Positions 25,706-39,984 of a DNA stretch of 64,000 bases are shown piece by piece. The notes under the pieces are model-generated. The model saw nothing but the letters and a program-made list of their open reading frames with translations. It did not search any database and was not told the origin of the DNA. Position numbers and translations under genes: made by a program. This DNA is from Conidiobolus incongruus B7586 (Eukaryota), in NCBI GenBank assembly GCA_000697335.1, contig JNEM01013675.1, positions 1 to 64,000 on the forward strand, given 5' to 3'. How positions within the stretch are numbered: position 1 is the stretch's first letter; every line of letters starts with the position of its first letter.

Positions 25706-28700
25706 GAAATTCTATCCTCCTGAGATGTGTTTAATGAGGTAAGGTTTGATAGAGGGGAAATTTACATTAATTGTGGGGATGATGAAGATGAAAGAGTGAC
25801 TACGAGTTGATTAATTTGTTAATTATCCTAAGCAAGGAGACATATGAACACTTTAATAAGCTATTTTATTGAGATGTATTTCAAAATCCATTATCTTGAA
25901 ATCTACTCAATAACTCTGCAACTTAGGAAAATTAATTTCATAACTTTCAACCATTCTAGATTGATATTTGGCTGCATTAATCCGAATCCGACTAAGTAGC
26001 CATGGTTTAATATATTGGAATATTATCAATGGCCATAATAAAATTATAATATAAAATCGTCTGATTATAATAATTATCAAACAATTTACATTTTTTTGAA
26101 AATGAACTAACAATTGAATGTGGATCGGTAAAAAATGTGAATAAGGCAAATTTTACGAATGTTTAAGGTAAATATTGGAATAATCCTTGGTGCTAAATAA
26201 TATGATACGATATTGAAACCATTCTCCACATCCTTCAAAGTGAAGGAAATTATGTACGATGGCTTGTATTCAGCTTATGACTAAATTTTAGTAATTCAAA
26301 TTAACTAATAATTGAATCAAATATCAAACTAAGTTTGAATGAAATCATATGAGCAATGTTTAATCAATTGATCACTTGATATCATGTTAATTCTTAAACA
26401 TATTTATTTAAATGAAAAGCAATAAGATTAATAAAATATGATAATAATTGTATTAAATGGTAAATTTTATGAATTTATATGCTATATTAAACATATAAAT
26501 GAATTATTAATATAATTTCAATAAATTTAAATCATATTAAATTTTTAATATTCAAATTTGATTTTTTTCAAAAAAACAAATTTATATTAAATAAAATAAA
26601 ATTGTTATTAATTTTCATAAATATTTTATATAATCAATATATTTAATTTTCAAAATATTTCTATAAGTACAATTTTTTTAAAAAAAATTCAAACGTTTGT
26701 TACAAGATTTTCGGCAAGATTTCACAATTGAATGTAAACTATATTCAATGAATAAGATTTAGATATTTATAATAAATAGTTAGAAATCAGTTTTGATTTA
26801 AATATCATGATCAATTTATCACATTATTACAAAATAACATATTTATTTATTCCAATTAAAATACTTAGTTTAAACTATTTATTGTTAATCTTGTAAACCA
26901 GCCAGTAACCAAAGCTAAATAGTTAATTATCACAGGTGCTGCGAGGAAAAAATTTTTACAAATAAAAAATACTGTCAATTCAATTATCAACTGGGGTATC
27001 TTTAAAATATTAAAAATGATTTTTTAATATAGCTTAATAAAGGTTATTCTAATTTGAAATTGAATATAACTCATATTTCTTCATTAAATTTATTTGAATT
27101 AATTTTGATTTATTTTTTATACGAATATACTTTAAACTATTGATCTGAATAAATCCTTTATCATTTATAACACTATAACCTAAATTATTATTAATATTTC
27201 ATTTTTGCCTAAGTTATTAAATATATATTATATTATAAGTTTTTTAATATTACATTTTTAAATGAAATTTTTTTTCAAAATTTGATAAATATAAGAATAT
27301 AAATTTTATCTTTAAAAGTAGTAAAAATGAAAAAAAAAATTAAAAATTTGATATTAGGTAATTAATAAAAAAAATAATATTTATAATTTTATGAATAAAA
27401 TCAATATTTTATAAATTAATAATAATATTTATTTTATAAATAAGCTCTAGATTCAAATATTTAATATATAATATTACTTTAAAAATTATGACTGAGTTTC
27501 AACATCACCTTTTGGAATGATGTCATAATAAATGATTTAAACTATTTTACTCATACTCATAATTAGGAACTAATAACTATTTAGTTGTTTTGATTATAAA
27601 TAATAATCATAATTTAGATTTTTAGGCAATAATAAATTTAAATATTTTGACTTAAAAATATTTAGGAGGTGTAGTAGGAGCTGAATTTTAATTTTGCAAA
27701 GTAAATTTTAGATATGAAATAATTATTGGTTGATCAAAAAATTTAAATTAACTTTGAGAAATTCTTGAGAACTACCATGTGTCAGTTTCAGTAGTTCTAA
27801 TTCGATCAAATAATTGGAACAAGGATTATGTCATTTTTAATAATTTAGTCTAATATTGTGAATTTTAACTTAATAGAACAAATAGTCTACTTGGCACATT
27901 ATGTCAATTTATACTAAACAATATCTCATTAGAATCAAGGTATTTGTTATCCTTAGTAAATGATTATGTTTAGAAAACATGCTGATGAAAAAGAGAATAA
28001 TAAATGATTTATACCTACTTGTAAAATAGATTAATAAAAATGATATTAATAATTAACAAATTATATACCAAATTTGGCATGAAATGAAAATATTTTGTAA
28101 AAAACTTATGATAATTAATAAAAATTTTAGTCTATTATAAATATTTATAATAATATAAGTATATTACATATTTTATAATTAATAATATATTTCAATATAA
28201 TTAAATCATTGTAAAGTTGAAAATTATTATCAAAAAATTAATTTAAATTTACAATTTAGCATTTATTTAATTTACTAATAAAAATTTTGACTAATCAATT
28301 TGAAATTCTTACTAATCCTAAAATTTGTCATCATTTGTTTAATATTGAGTAATAATTTTTAATAATTACTTGAGAATTAATTTTTATGATTCAATTTTTT
28401 AATTTAATTGATTATTAAAAAATTTCAAGATATGCTAGCTTGTTAAATAATATAATTGTGAAACTGTCAAAATTTTTATTAGTAATTTATTATATTATAA
28501 AGTGAAATTTATTTTAGAATTTAATTGAATATTGGGGTAGTAAAAATCAATTTAATTTTAATTTTAATTTATTTCAAAATTGAATTATATAAAGTAATAT
28601 TAAACAGGTAGTTTTTTAAGTAATAAAACTAACTTGAGAATAATAAATTAATTTTATATTGATATTTTTTAAAAGAAATCTGATATAAGTTATCAGATGA

Positions 28701-30079
28701 ACTTATATTAGACAAGTTCAATAAAAATAAAATTTAAAATTTATTATAAAAAATTATTTCCTATTAAATATTTAATATTATGTTAAACAAGCGAATTCAT
28801 TTTAAATCATTTTAGGTATTTCGTTTTATTTTATTAATTGTAATTAATTATTTTATTCTCATTAAACATATAACTATCCCAACTTTTTAATCTAACAATA
28901 GATGTTCCTTAAATTTATCTTATTATCCCAAAATATTAAAAAAGTGCTCCATCCAATAAAAATAGAAAGTTGATATTTCTATATTAGGTATAATTCACTC
29001 TCACAAAGTTATTTTCATTCATTTTTGAATGGAACAAATTGAAATTATAAATCATTACTAATGTTATGATGTTATAACTTATATATCCAATCATAAGGTC
29101 CTATTGGGGGAATTTCTTGAAGCTTCTAGTTAGTTTACTTGGAATATTGGACAAGTTAAATGGATGTCATTCCAAATACCATAAATTTTAGTCGTAATTA
29201 TCGCACCGAATATTATCATATAGAATTTTTCTCTTGTCAAATTCTATTACTCATAAAATTTCGGCAATTCATTTAAGTCCATTTTTTTACTGGTAAACTT
29301 CCTAAAATTAACCAATCCTAATGCCAATTAATACTGAATTATTCTCAAAGCTATTCCTTCAAACTTTCAGCATATAGGAAAGAATCGGACTTAAGGATAA
29401 TATAGGAATAAAGTTTATATATTATTTTGATAAATATAGTTTGGAATTACGTCAATTCTAAGAGCTTTACAAGACACTAGACCTTAAATTAAATTTATTA
29501 ATTTAAATCAATAAAATTGGTAAAATTAGGCTATTTTTGAATATTATTCAATCATTTTTTCCAAGAATTTTTATGTATAACTAAAAATCAAACAATATCA
29601 AATATACTATGAAAACTATACTATTTTTATCTAATTTTATTCAAATAAGGACCATAAATCAATCGAAATATTACTTTAAATTTCAATATTTTATTTATAG
29701 CTATTTCTTGGGTTAGTGTTTCGTTAATTTGATAAAGTTATAGTCAATTTAAAATGATAAACATATTTACAATCTTATCACGATAACAGTGAATGGTATA
29801 GATAAGAAATTATAAGTTGTTGAGATATGACTATTTAAATAGTGTAGCATATAAGATAACATCATCAAAAAAGGGTCTTGTTTATTGAGTTTTATTCAAC
29901 TTATGTGGGGCAAATATCATGAATGAAAAGAAATTGATAGGAATAAGTTGGAATGAGTCATCTAATTAGCATCAATTTATTCCTTTTCTTGGAAACTTGT
30001 TAGTTTGAAGATTCCATATCGGGCAAAATGGGATTTTTGAATTTCAATAGCTAAAAATCGAGCGATAAGAAGTGGGCAG

Positions 30080-30445
30080 CTGATTGGCTCAAGAAGGGAG
30101 GGTATAAAATATTTAGAGTTACCGTATTTGGAAAGGAAAGAATAATTCCAATCCAAATTTGGGAATGGGATGATAGTGGGTCTTCCGGTGATTGGACAAA
30201 AGGGATTTTCGTAATTGAATTTCATGATTAGTCATAGTTAATATTTCACCATCCTTCAATGTCATTAGCTTATTGGCTAATTAAGAGTGCGATTGGCCAA
30301 TTGTTCTTCAAAATTCGCCATTTGGAAGATTGATAAGGATGATTACCAATCAGAATGGCGTAATGGGAAAAAGCACTTGCGATGAAACTAAAAGAATCAC
30401 GTACCTTCTAGATAGATCATTTTTGAAATCCGATTCATATAAATA
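30080..30445 (+). promoter_or_regulatory. Promoter of the right Ecl1-like gene (CCAAT cluster plus TATA)
   Basis: ATTGG/CCAAT at ~30083, ~30190, ~30273, ~30291-30301 (attggccaat) and ~30346; TATAAATA at 30438-30445. Confidence 0.55.
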
Positions 30446-30565
30446 CCCCGACCCTGACTTTACTTTTCAGCACCAAATCTTCTACATCAAGTAGTAGTAT
30501 ATTTATTTGTATCATAGTTTTTCATCTGTAGTATATATTTTCTAACTAATTAAAACGCAATCAAA

Positions 30566-30904
30566 ATGGACGCTGACTGGTGCATCGTTTGTAACAAACA
30601 TATCAATAGAATGGGTGCCATCTACTGTAGCACGGCATGTGAACAAGTTGACTCTGGATTGGCTTTTGAATCTTCACAAATCCGCACTTCCGCTTTAACA
30701 ACGACGACAACATCAACTAGCCCTCGTCTTCAGCCGACGACTTCTCCCAAGCTCACTTTTGTTACTCCTGAGCCCTATTTTTCATCATCATTCTCTCGTC
30801 GTTACGACCGTTTCTCTCCCCCCTCCTTGAACTCCGCTTCATCATACAGTTCAACATCTTCTCTCTCATCCAGTCCGACACTTTCTGGATCCTTCCGACT
30901 TTAG
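30566..30904 (+). CDS. Ecl1/2/3-family zinc-binding protein (paralogue of 24986..25327)
   Basis: MDADWCIVCNKHI...IYCSTACEQVD with a Ser/Thr-rich tail. Shares RRYDRFSPPSLN with RLYNRYLPSSLN in the paralogue. Confidence 0.8.
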   Translation: MDADWCIVCNKHINRMGAIYCSTACEQVDSGLAFESSQIRTSALTTTTTSTSPRLQPTTSPKLTFVTPEPYFSSSFSRRYDRFSPPSLNSASSYSSTSSLSSSPTLSGSFRL

Positions 30905-33739
30905 CAGCTGATTGCTCTCAAAACAAATAACAAATCAAAACAAAATAATATTTAACACATTATGTCAAATTAATCATTCAAATCTCATTATAATAATAAT
31001 AAAATCAACTGCACATATTTCCTCCACAAGTCCTCCTTTTGTTGTTTATTTTTTACTAAAAAACATAAACTTGACAATCAGGATATTTTTTCTAGGTACT
31101 CTGCTTAATTCTGATAATACTCCACTCTTATATTAATCGAATTCAAGAATCAAGAAAAATATTCTATTATTCTTGTACAAAGGTAAATTTTTATCGTACA
31201 TAATAAATATACCAACATGACTACTTTGATTTAGCACGATGGTAAACTAAATACTTATTACTAATTCACTACTACACACCTTGGCAAATCAAATCCGCAT
31301 TATTACAAGAATTATCATCATTCGCATTTGGCAGGAAAATTTTCATTTTAAATATTAGGAAAAATTATGAGCACACCTGGGTTTAATGGGCTACGAACGT
31401 TAATATTCAATTTAAAGTTTGTAATTAACCGTGAAATAGATAATGAGACTTAGTTATTGAAAGATGACTACTGCCTACTATCAATATTACTCAACTTTGA
31501 GCCAAGTTAGAACAATCTAATAAGAAATTACTACCATCACGTTGAATGCTTAATTGGATGTGAAATTAAAACCATATCAATTTTAAATTTGCAATATTTA
31601 CCATATTACTATGAAATGATTCCTTATTTGGGCCCGATTAGAAATCTTCTCAATTAATATTACAATTTCAAGGGACAACTATAATGCTCAATTAGAATCC
31701 ATTCTTATTAATAATATCTCAGAATGTTAATTGTATTCATATCACTATGGCAAAGGATACGATATTAGCCCCAATTTGTACTATATTCTAACTATACCAA
31801 TTTTAAAGCTTTAATTTATGCCAAAAACTACATTCTTATCAATATTTTTGTAGATAACAATAATAATTTAATTGAAATTAACTAATTCATAGATAAGACT
31901 CAATTAAAAAATGAATTCTACATAAATTTCAATATAAATAAATAGGGTAATTATTGTTTTTATTTTATTTAGTAATAATTGATTGGTACAAGTTATTTTT
32001 CCAACTCCTATTTATATATTTCTAAAATCAACAAACTTGTATTATTTTATTGGTGTTGTTCTATTTCGGTGTTTATTGAATAGCTTAGCTATTTTTTAAA
32101 ATGTTTGAAATTATATTTTAACGAAATTATAAAAACAATTCTTTGAAGTATATCTAATATATAGCTTATGATCACATTAATAAAATTTTGTAAATCTACA
32201 ATAAATGAAGTATTATTAATAAATTTTATGTACTTTTTTATTTAAACTGACCCTATAATTACCCGCTCATGATGTCAATATCATTTAATATAAATATATT
32301 TCAACTTATATGACGACTTAACTTTAATTAATTATTAATTATTTGAAATACTAAAGGGCGAAATTATATCAATTTAAACAACTTAAAATAAATTTCTGTA
32401 AATTCAACATTAGGATTATTTGAATAATGTCCAAGAATCATAATAATGCTATTCATGTTTCATGGTAGGGTTAATAAAATATCATAAAAAACAAATCGAA
32501 AGATATAGTTCAATTTGATAGTGTCATAAATTATCAATCCAATTATTAAATTTTATAAGTTTTTTCTCCTTTTTGATCTAATAAATTTAAGATTAATTAA
32601 GATTAAAGTTATCAGATGAAAATTATCTGATAAAATTCTCTTATACATTATCAGATCAACTCAATAATTCACTAGATATATCTTCGTTTATATAAAAATA
32701 GTCAAAATTGAACAATAATAATATTAATAACTGGATTTTTATCAAACTAAAAAGTATTTGATATTATTTTATATTCAATGATTAATACTTCAATTTGATG
32801 AATATATTATTATTGAATATCTAAAAAGGAATGAAGTGTTTAATATTATATATTTAGGTGTTAAACAATTTATTCAATATCTTGTATAACATTATTAAAG
32901 AATAATTAAACCATGTTAATTATAAGTCAACTTGATATTATTTGGCAATTTATCATAATTGTTAAAATTTATTATTAGAGTTTATAAATATAAATATCTT
33001 GTTAAAAATAAATTTAAAATTAAACTACAATTCTAAAATTTTTATAAGATCATAAAATGAGGTAAAATTTGAAATTTGGGTCAATTAATTTGGTTTTACA
33101 TAAAAGCAATTATTCAAATTTTGAATCAAATAATTGGAATATACTTTATTAAATTTAGGGATATAATTTTCGTTTTTTAATATTATGTTATATTTGAACA
33201 TATATATATAAAATATTAATCAATCACAAGCTGCTATCATCTTAAACAATACAATTAATCCAATGCTATTTCAAAATTTTTATCCCATATTGCTATTTTT
33301 GCTCTAAAAATTATAATCTTATATCCATTAATGATAATTATAAAACTAATGTTATTGTTCAAGTAATTCAAGCTATTAGATATAACAATTATTTAAGTTG
33401 AATATTTTATAAATAACCTTGGTAATTAATAATTTTAGTTATAAAATTAATTTAATTTAAAAATCCTTATATGAAATAAATCATCAGATTCTATTGATAA
33501 GAATATATAATTAATAATTTAAGCATAATTCAATTTATTATTCCTTAAGTAAACACATAATCTTATTATATATATTAATTATTAGATTAATATATTGTAT
33601 AAAAAAGATAAATCAACTTATAATCTGTCTCTTATATGATATAATATAATAGTTAATATTTATTTATAAATAAAATACTTGTTTAATATAATTAATAATA
33701 TTGTTTATTTTTGCTTGATCTATTATTTTATTTTATTTT

Positions 33740-34360
33740 GAAATAAAGAGTTATATAATGGAATTTTTAGATTTATATATAATAGTGATTTATTATAAAA
33801 GCTTTTGTTTTTAATTAAATTTAATGGGTTTTGCTAGCTATAGTTAATCTAATTTTTTAAAATTTTATTGAAAAATAAGATACTTAATTTATATTCTTAT
33901 TGTTTAGTATGAGTTTAAATTTTTATATGATTTTTTACTTTATATGTAAATAATAATTTAATAATAAATATTAGTTTTTTGAATATAAATAACTTTTTAA
34001 AAATCCCTTTTTGAATTTTTAGTAATAAATTTAATAATAAATAATAATTTTGAATAATGAAATTATCTTTATAAGATATTTATAAACCTTGAATAATTTT
34101 AAAAGGGTTATGCTTAAGTTATAAAGATATTAAAATAAAAGACTTTTGCTGATTATAATCTAATTTAAATATAGCTAAATTTATTTTTAATTTTTAACCA
34201 AAAATATCATGATATAAAAACTTTATATATCTATATATAGTTTGAGAATATTAATACTCTTATATATTTTACAAATAATTTATTTTTTACAATTAACAAT
34301 ATGTCTTAAAAAACCAGATATTAAAAAATTTACCATATCTTTCTTTCCAAGCTAATAATT
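33740..34360 (+). mobile_element. Decayed dispersed repeat, probable transposon relic (long copy A)
   Basis: Collinear with the reverse complement of ~40140-40810, e.g. aaaccttgaataattttaaaagggttatgcttaagttataaagatattaaaataaaagacttttgct versus aaaccttgaatagctttaaaaggcttatgcttaagttatagagatattaaaataaatgacttttgct. Confidence 0.65.
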
Positions 34361-35316
34361 ATAAATATTTCATTTTTGTTAATGATATAAAAACTTAACA
34401 ATCTAAATATACTATTGTAATATATATTTAGTAACCTTGGGATATGTCTTTTTATAATTTATTTAATATTTTATAAAGAGTGCATATTTATAATATTTAA
34501 AGTCAATGGATCCAAGTAATAAAATTAATTATATCACATCATTTATATTAAATTTTTAGCTATTTAATTTTATTTTTTACTAAATATTAATATTTTTAAG
34601 ATTATGAAAATTAATATTAATTAGCCTTCTATTAGATAAATATTATATTTCCTACTTATAAGTTTGGTTACTACTATTAGCATCCACATTATAATATGAA
34701 TATAATTTCTAATCATACTTGAAAATGTTTCATGTGTATTTTATTGATCAATGATCAAGATTAACTGTGAGAGTTGGGTACTCGTAGTGTTAACCAAATC
34801 ATCTTAAAATTCGAAAGTTTCTTCAATCAAAATTTATCAAACTTCCAAATTATTTTTATGATAGAGCATTTAATATATAAAGTTATATATTGAATGAAGT
34901 TATTTTTATTGAGATATAAATGAGATCTAATTAGTTAATTTTTAGTAATTAATCTTATAGATCAAATGTATGGAATTAATAGAACTATTCATGCTCCAAT
35001 TTTCGATCATTATATTCAATATTTTTCAATGTTTGGTTTAATTAAATATATAGATAAATTTAATGTTAAATATTATTTCTTTGATATTTCAATTATATCA
35101 ATTTATTGATTTTTATTATAATTTTCATGAAATATATTTTGAACATAAATTTTGATTCGATTTTACTACAATACAATAAAAGTTAATAGGTGGTTTAATA
35201 ATATTTAAAAATCTTGCAAATATAATTCAAAACCTTTGAATAAAAATTCAAATTAACAAATACTAATTAATAGCAACCTCACATTTATAATAAGTATAAC
35301 TATGAAAATTTGTGAA

Positions 35317-35321
<5 letters not shown>

Positions 35322-35352
<31 letters not shown>
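35322..35352. repeat. (TA)n microsatellite
   Basis: Pure TA run. Similar runs at ~3802-3822, 7092-7122, 12683-12710, 16846-16868 and 41241-41273. Confidence 0.9.
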
Positions 35353-35356
<4 letters not shown>

Positions 35357-36579
35357 GTCTTATTCGATTAAAAAAATAATATATTGAAAAATTGAAATAG
35401 CTTTCTAACTTGATATAAACATTTATATTTAAGTAAAAGCCAGAATATCTTAAATATTTATTAATAAAAATCATAGTTCATATAGTTTTCAATCAATTTA
35501 AGGGTAATTAAGCTAAATGAAAATATTTTTGAATTATACATTTATTTTTCAAATCAAAGTTTTTGAATTATTAGAATTATCAATCAAAATAAACTTTAAT
35601 TCATAAGAATAACCATGTTTTAAACAATTTATCCAACCAATGTTTATTTTGTTTATGGATTTAAAATTGTGAAATTGAGTTAGCATATTTGTTTATCCTT
35701 AACCTAATGGCTTTACATATATATTTATGTTTTGCTTTGGGTAGTTAATATTTGGGTAAACTCATTAATTGCATTATTTTGAAATTTGTAGACTAATTCC
35801 ATGGCTTTAAATAACTACTCAATTTTTACTAAGAATTCTTTTTATTCTATTGAATAAAACCTATTTTTTTAACTCTTCACTTCTTTAATAGCAACTGTTC
35901 AAAGATATTTCCAATTTGAAAAAGGTTGTTTTATTGGTTTATCCATGTGTCTAAATGTTAGGTTAAAAATTTTTCTAATTTTACTCATTTAATTGAACTG
36001 GTGTTCCTATTTTACTCTAAATTTGTTACTGATGCTTCTTTTGGAACAACTAAAGATGAAAAGAAATAGGATTAATGAGGTTATCAAATGTTGTAAGGAA
36101 TTTTTTCATTAAGTATTAATTTTGTGCTAATTCATTGAAAAATAATTATTTTTAATGAAATTTTAGCCAGTCACACAACTGAGAACTTGCACATTGAAAA
36201 ATTTATGATTCAATTCATACAAAAACATGTTGGTTGCCAATTTTAATCCCACAATACCCACATTTAACTCAACTTCTTAGGATGATCTTTCGTTCATTAT
36301 TCATTAACTTTGAAAACAGAACCCTTGATATTTCATAAGTAATCATTTAAATTTATACTGTGTATTTTAATTATAATTAATAGTTCAGGCTAAATATAAT
36401 TATATCAATTGATTTATATTGTGCCTTTGTATCACAGTTTGGTTTATATTTACTATTATCAATGTATATTTAGTCAAGAGTATAAATATAACTGTTTAAT
36501 TTAATAATTCGTTTTCATTTCAATATCATTTTATTTAACATAACATATTCATAGTCATATTATATCATATTAATAATCA

Positions 36580-39500
36580 ATGAAAGGATCAATTATAACA
36601 AAAGTAAAAACCTTTTTACAAACCCAAAATCAGCAAACAGAAAAATTACCTCCAAGGACGGTACATTTCAACGAAGATTCAACTACAACATTTCCAGACA
36701 ATACTATACGAAGTGCTAAATATACGATATGGAATTTCCTTCCTAAAAATTTATTTATCCAGTTTTCTAACCTTGTCAACGTTTACTTTCTAGTCATTTC
36801 TATAATTCAATTTATTCCAGGGGCTAGTACAGTCGGTCAAATTTCTACACTACTACCATTGTCTATTTTTGTAAGTTTAGCCATTCTTCATGAAGGTTAC
36901 GATGATTTTAAACGCCATAAGATGGATTGGAAGGAAAATGAAAGGCCTGTAACTCGACTCTCTAAACCTATTGACGATATGAAGGCTTCAACGGATAAAA
37001 TTCCCCTTTCACCAGGTCATACATTATCTGAATCAGTGGCTTGTGCAAGTTTGAGAGTTGGAGACATAGTAAAGGTGCACCAAGATGAATGGATTCCTGC
37101 AGATATGGTTCTTCTTGGTTCATCTCATCAAGATGGTACATGTTATGTTGAAACTGCATCACTTGATGGAGAGACAAATTTGAAAAAGCTACAGACACTC
37201 AAAGAGCTTCAGGATCTGTTTCTCTCTGATCCAAGTTTTCATCAGTTGAGAGGATATATAAAATTGGAAGAACCCACTTTAGATTTATATTCAATTCAGG
37301 GATATTATCATTTATCTTCATTTGGATCCTTTCAAGAAGGGAGCCAGATGCCTCTCTCGATTAACCAAGTACTATTAAGGGGAACAGTTCTTAGAAATAC
37401 ACAGTATGTATATGGTATTGTTGTTTATAGTGGCGAACAATCCAAAGTACGACTCAATGCAACAAAGAATGTTCAAACCAAAATCCCATTCTTGCAGAAA
37501 ACGATGAATCATCTATCATTGATTGCATTTTCGTTGGTCTTTATTCTTGCTATAGCTGCAGCTTTGATTAATATTAGTTTCAAAGTCAACTATGTTGCCA
37601 AAGTAACTTATTTATTACATGGAAGAATGTCGGATAGTTGGATCCTAAACTTTTTAAGCTTTATCATTATTCTTAATACGATTGTTCCAATTTCTTTATT
37701 CGTCACGATGGAATTTTGTAAAATTATCCAAGCTTTATTTATTACTCAGGATCTTACAATGTATAACCGTGAGAAGGATACACCTGCTTCGTTCCATACT
37801 ACACAGCTGAATGAAGACTTGGGTATGGTATCTTATGTTTTTTCTGATAAGACAGGTACACTTACTGAGAATGCGATGTATTTCAGAAGAATGACAGTGA
37901 ATGATATTTCATATCAGTTAGAAGAAGAGGCAAGCTTGTCAAGGACAGCATCTAGAAGGAGTATTGATTTTTCCCAGGCAATGCCCCAAGCCACAGCCTT
38001 GTCACTTTCTCCAGGTAGTCCTTTATATTCTGCAGAAGATACAGAGTTCGAAAATGCATTCAAATTTGATCCATCGAATCCTTATACGATGGGTTTAACT
38101 CTCGCACTTTGTCATACCGTAGACCCTGAACAAAGTGGTACTCTTCCTCCAAAGTATCGAGCAACATCTCCTGATGAATTCGCCCTTGTTACCGCTGGTC
38201 ACCAATTAGGTTTTACATTTATGAGACGTACAACAGCTAATATGACCATTTTGAATCCAGCATCAGAAAAAGAGGTTACTTTGACAATCCTTAATTGTCT
38301 TGAATTCACTAGTGCTCGTAAAAAAATGTCTATCGTGCTTCAATTTCCGGATGGAACCATTCGTTTATTGGTTAAAGGTGCTGATTCTGTCATGATACCA
38401 AGGCTGCATAATGGTCATACATCTGAACAAATTACTAAATTGGAGAGCTCCCTCTACAAATACAGTTGCGAGGGGTTAAGAACACTGGTATTTGCATTCA
38501 AAGATTTAAACAAGAAAGATTATGAAGATTGGAAATTGAAGTATGATCAAGCATCTCAAAAAGTAGGTGGAGACTCAGATGAAATAGACGAGTTATGCTC
38601 TGATTTAGAAACCGATCTAACCTTGTTGGGATGCACTGGGCTTGAGGACCAACTGCAAGAAGGTGTTCCTGAAGCAGTTTCTCTCTTACGCCAAGCTGGA
38701 ATTAAAATTTGGGTCTTAACAGGTGACAAGCTTGAAACTGCGATCAACATTGGTCAAGCATGTTCGTTAATTGACCCTCGGTCAGAAATGATTATCTTAG
38801 ACCATCATTCGGATGATCTGAGTCTTCAAATCAAGGTAGGGTTAGACAAACTTAAATCTACTTTAACTCCTGATACAGCCGTCAATCAGGATTTTGTTTT
38901 GATTATTGATGGTCAAACATTTGGTATCCTAGATAGTGGCCCTTCTGTTCTTAAAGAGTCGTTTTTAGATTTGGCACTTCAATGCGGAAGTGTGATTCTA
39001 TGCAGATCATCCCCATCTCAAAAAGCTAAAGTAGTGCAAATGGTTCGCAAGAGAACTCCAAAATCCGTCACATTAGCCATTGGAGATGGTGGTAATGATG
39101 TTGCTATGATTCAACAAGCACATGTCGGTATTGGTATTTCCGGAAATGAAGGTGTAATGGCCGCAAAATCAAGTGATTACGCTATCGCACAGTTTAGCTA
39201 CCTTGTTCCCCTCTTATTAGTCCATGGTAGATGGAATTATCATCGAATCACAAGATTTACACTGCTTACATTTTATAAATGTATGGTATTTTATATGACC
39301 CTCTATTTCTATCAGACTATGACTGGGTTTTCCGGTACTTCTTGGTTTGAAAATTGGTCTTATATTATATATAATTCAATCTTCACACTACTGCCAGTGA
39401 TTGCTATCGGTACATTGGATCAAGATAAACCCAGAAAGTTATTATTATCTAATCCTGAGGATTATTCACAAGTGGGACCACATCACAAGTATTTGAACTG

Positions 39501-39984
39501 GAAAACTTACACTTATCACATTGGTATGGCTCTAGTTCATGCTTGTATTATTGTACTTCCATATATCGTACTTTTGAAAGATAACACTTGGGTTTACAGA
39601 AATGGAATTCCTCCTTCAGCTCCGCATATTATTTACATGGGTCAAAGTGTTTACCTGACAGTTGTATTAATTGCTGATCTCAAAGTTGCTGTATTAGCAT
39701 CATACTATGTTACATATATTCACATTGGATTCTTTTTAATATCACTTATCGTGTACTTTTGTTTTCAGTTTGTTATTTCAGCATTTCGAGGAGACAATCA
39801 TGGGTTCATTTTACACAATTACATCTACGAAGTCTTAGGATCTCCCACCTTTTGGATATGTTTTATATGGAGTGTTGGATCCATTCTATTTTTAGATTAT
39901 TTAGTTAAAGCAATTAATTTACTTTTTCAAAATTCTAAAACTTTCAAATCAGATGGAGAAAAAATAAGTTTAGATTGTTTGTAA
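36580..39984 (+). CDS. P4-type ATPase phospholipid flippase, Dnf3-like
   Basis: LDGETNLK, PISL, DKTGTLT (phosphorylation site), TGDK and GDGGND. The segments RSSPSQKA and LLLVHGRWNY are most like fungal Dnf3. Intronless. Confidence 0.95.
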   Translation: MKGSIITKVKTFLQTQNQQTEKLPPRTVHFNEDSTTTFPDNTIRSAKYTIWNFLPKNLFIQFSNLVNVYFLVISIIQFIPGASTVGQISTLLPLSIFVSLAILHEGYDDFKRHKMDWKENERPVTRLSKPIDDMKASTDKIPLSPGHTLSESVACASLRVGDIVKVHQDEWIPADMVLLGSSHQDGTCYVETASLDGETNLKKLQTLKELQDLFLSDPSFHQLRGYIKLEEPTLDLYSIQGYYHLSSFGSFQEGSQMPLSINQVLLRGTVLRNTQYVYGIVVYSGEQSKVRLNATKNVQTKIPFLQKTMNHLSLIAFSLVFILAIAAALINISFKVNYVAKVTYLLHGRMSDSWILNFLSFIIILNTIVPISLFVTMEFCKIIQALFITQDLTMYNREKDTPASFHTTQLNEDLGMVSYVFSDKTGTLTENAMYFRRMTVNDISYQLEEEASLSRTASRRSIDFSQAMPQATALSLSPGSPLYSAEDTEFENAFKFDPSNPYTMGLTLALCHTVDPEQSGTLPPKYRATSPDEFALVTAGHQLGFTFMRRTTANMTILNPASEKEVTLTILNCLEFTSARKKMSIVLQFPDGTIRLLVKGADSVMIPRLHNGHTSEQITKLESSLYKYSCEGLRTLVFAFKDLNKKDYEDWKLKYDQASQKVGGDSDEIDELCSDLETDLTLLGCTGLEDQLQEGVPEAVSLLRQAGIKIWVLTGDKLETAINIGQACSLIDPRSEMIILDHHSDDLSLQIKVGLDKLKSTLTPDTAVNQDFVLIIDGQTFGILDSGPSVLKESFLDLALQCGSVILCRSSPSQKAKVVQMVRKRTPKSVTLAIGDGGNDVAMIQQAHVGIGISGNEGVMAAKSSDYAIAQFSYLVPLLLVHGRWNYHRITRFTLLTFYKCMVFYMTLYFYQTMTGFSGTSWFENWSYIIYNSIFTLLPVIAIGTLDQDKPRKLLLSNPEDYSQVGPHHKYLNWKTYTYHIGMALVHACIIVLPYIVLLKDNTWVYRNGIPPSAPHIIYMGQSVYLTVVLIADLKVAVLASYYVTYIHIGFFLISLIVYFCFQFVISAFRGDNHGFILHNYIYEVLGSPTFWICFIWSVGSILFLDYLVKAINLLFQNSKTFKSDGEKISLDCL

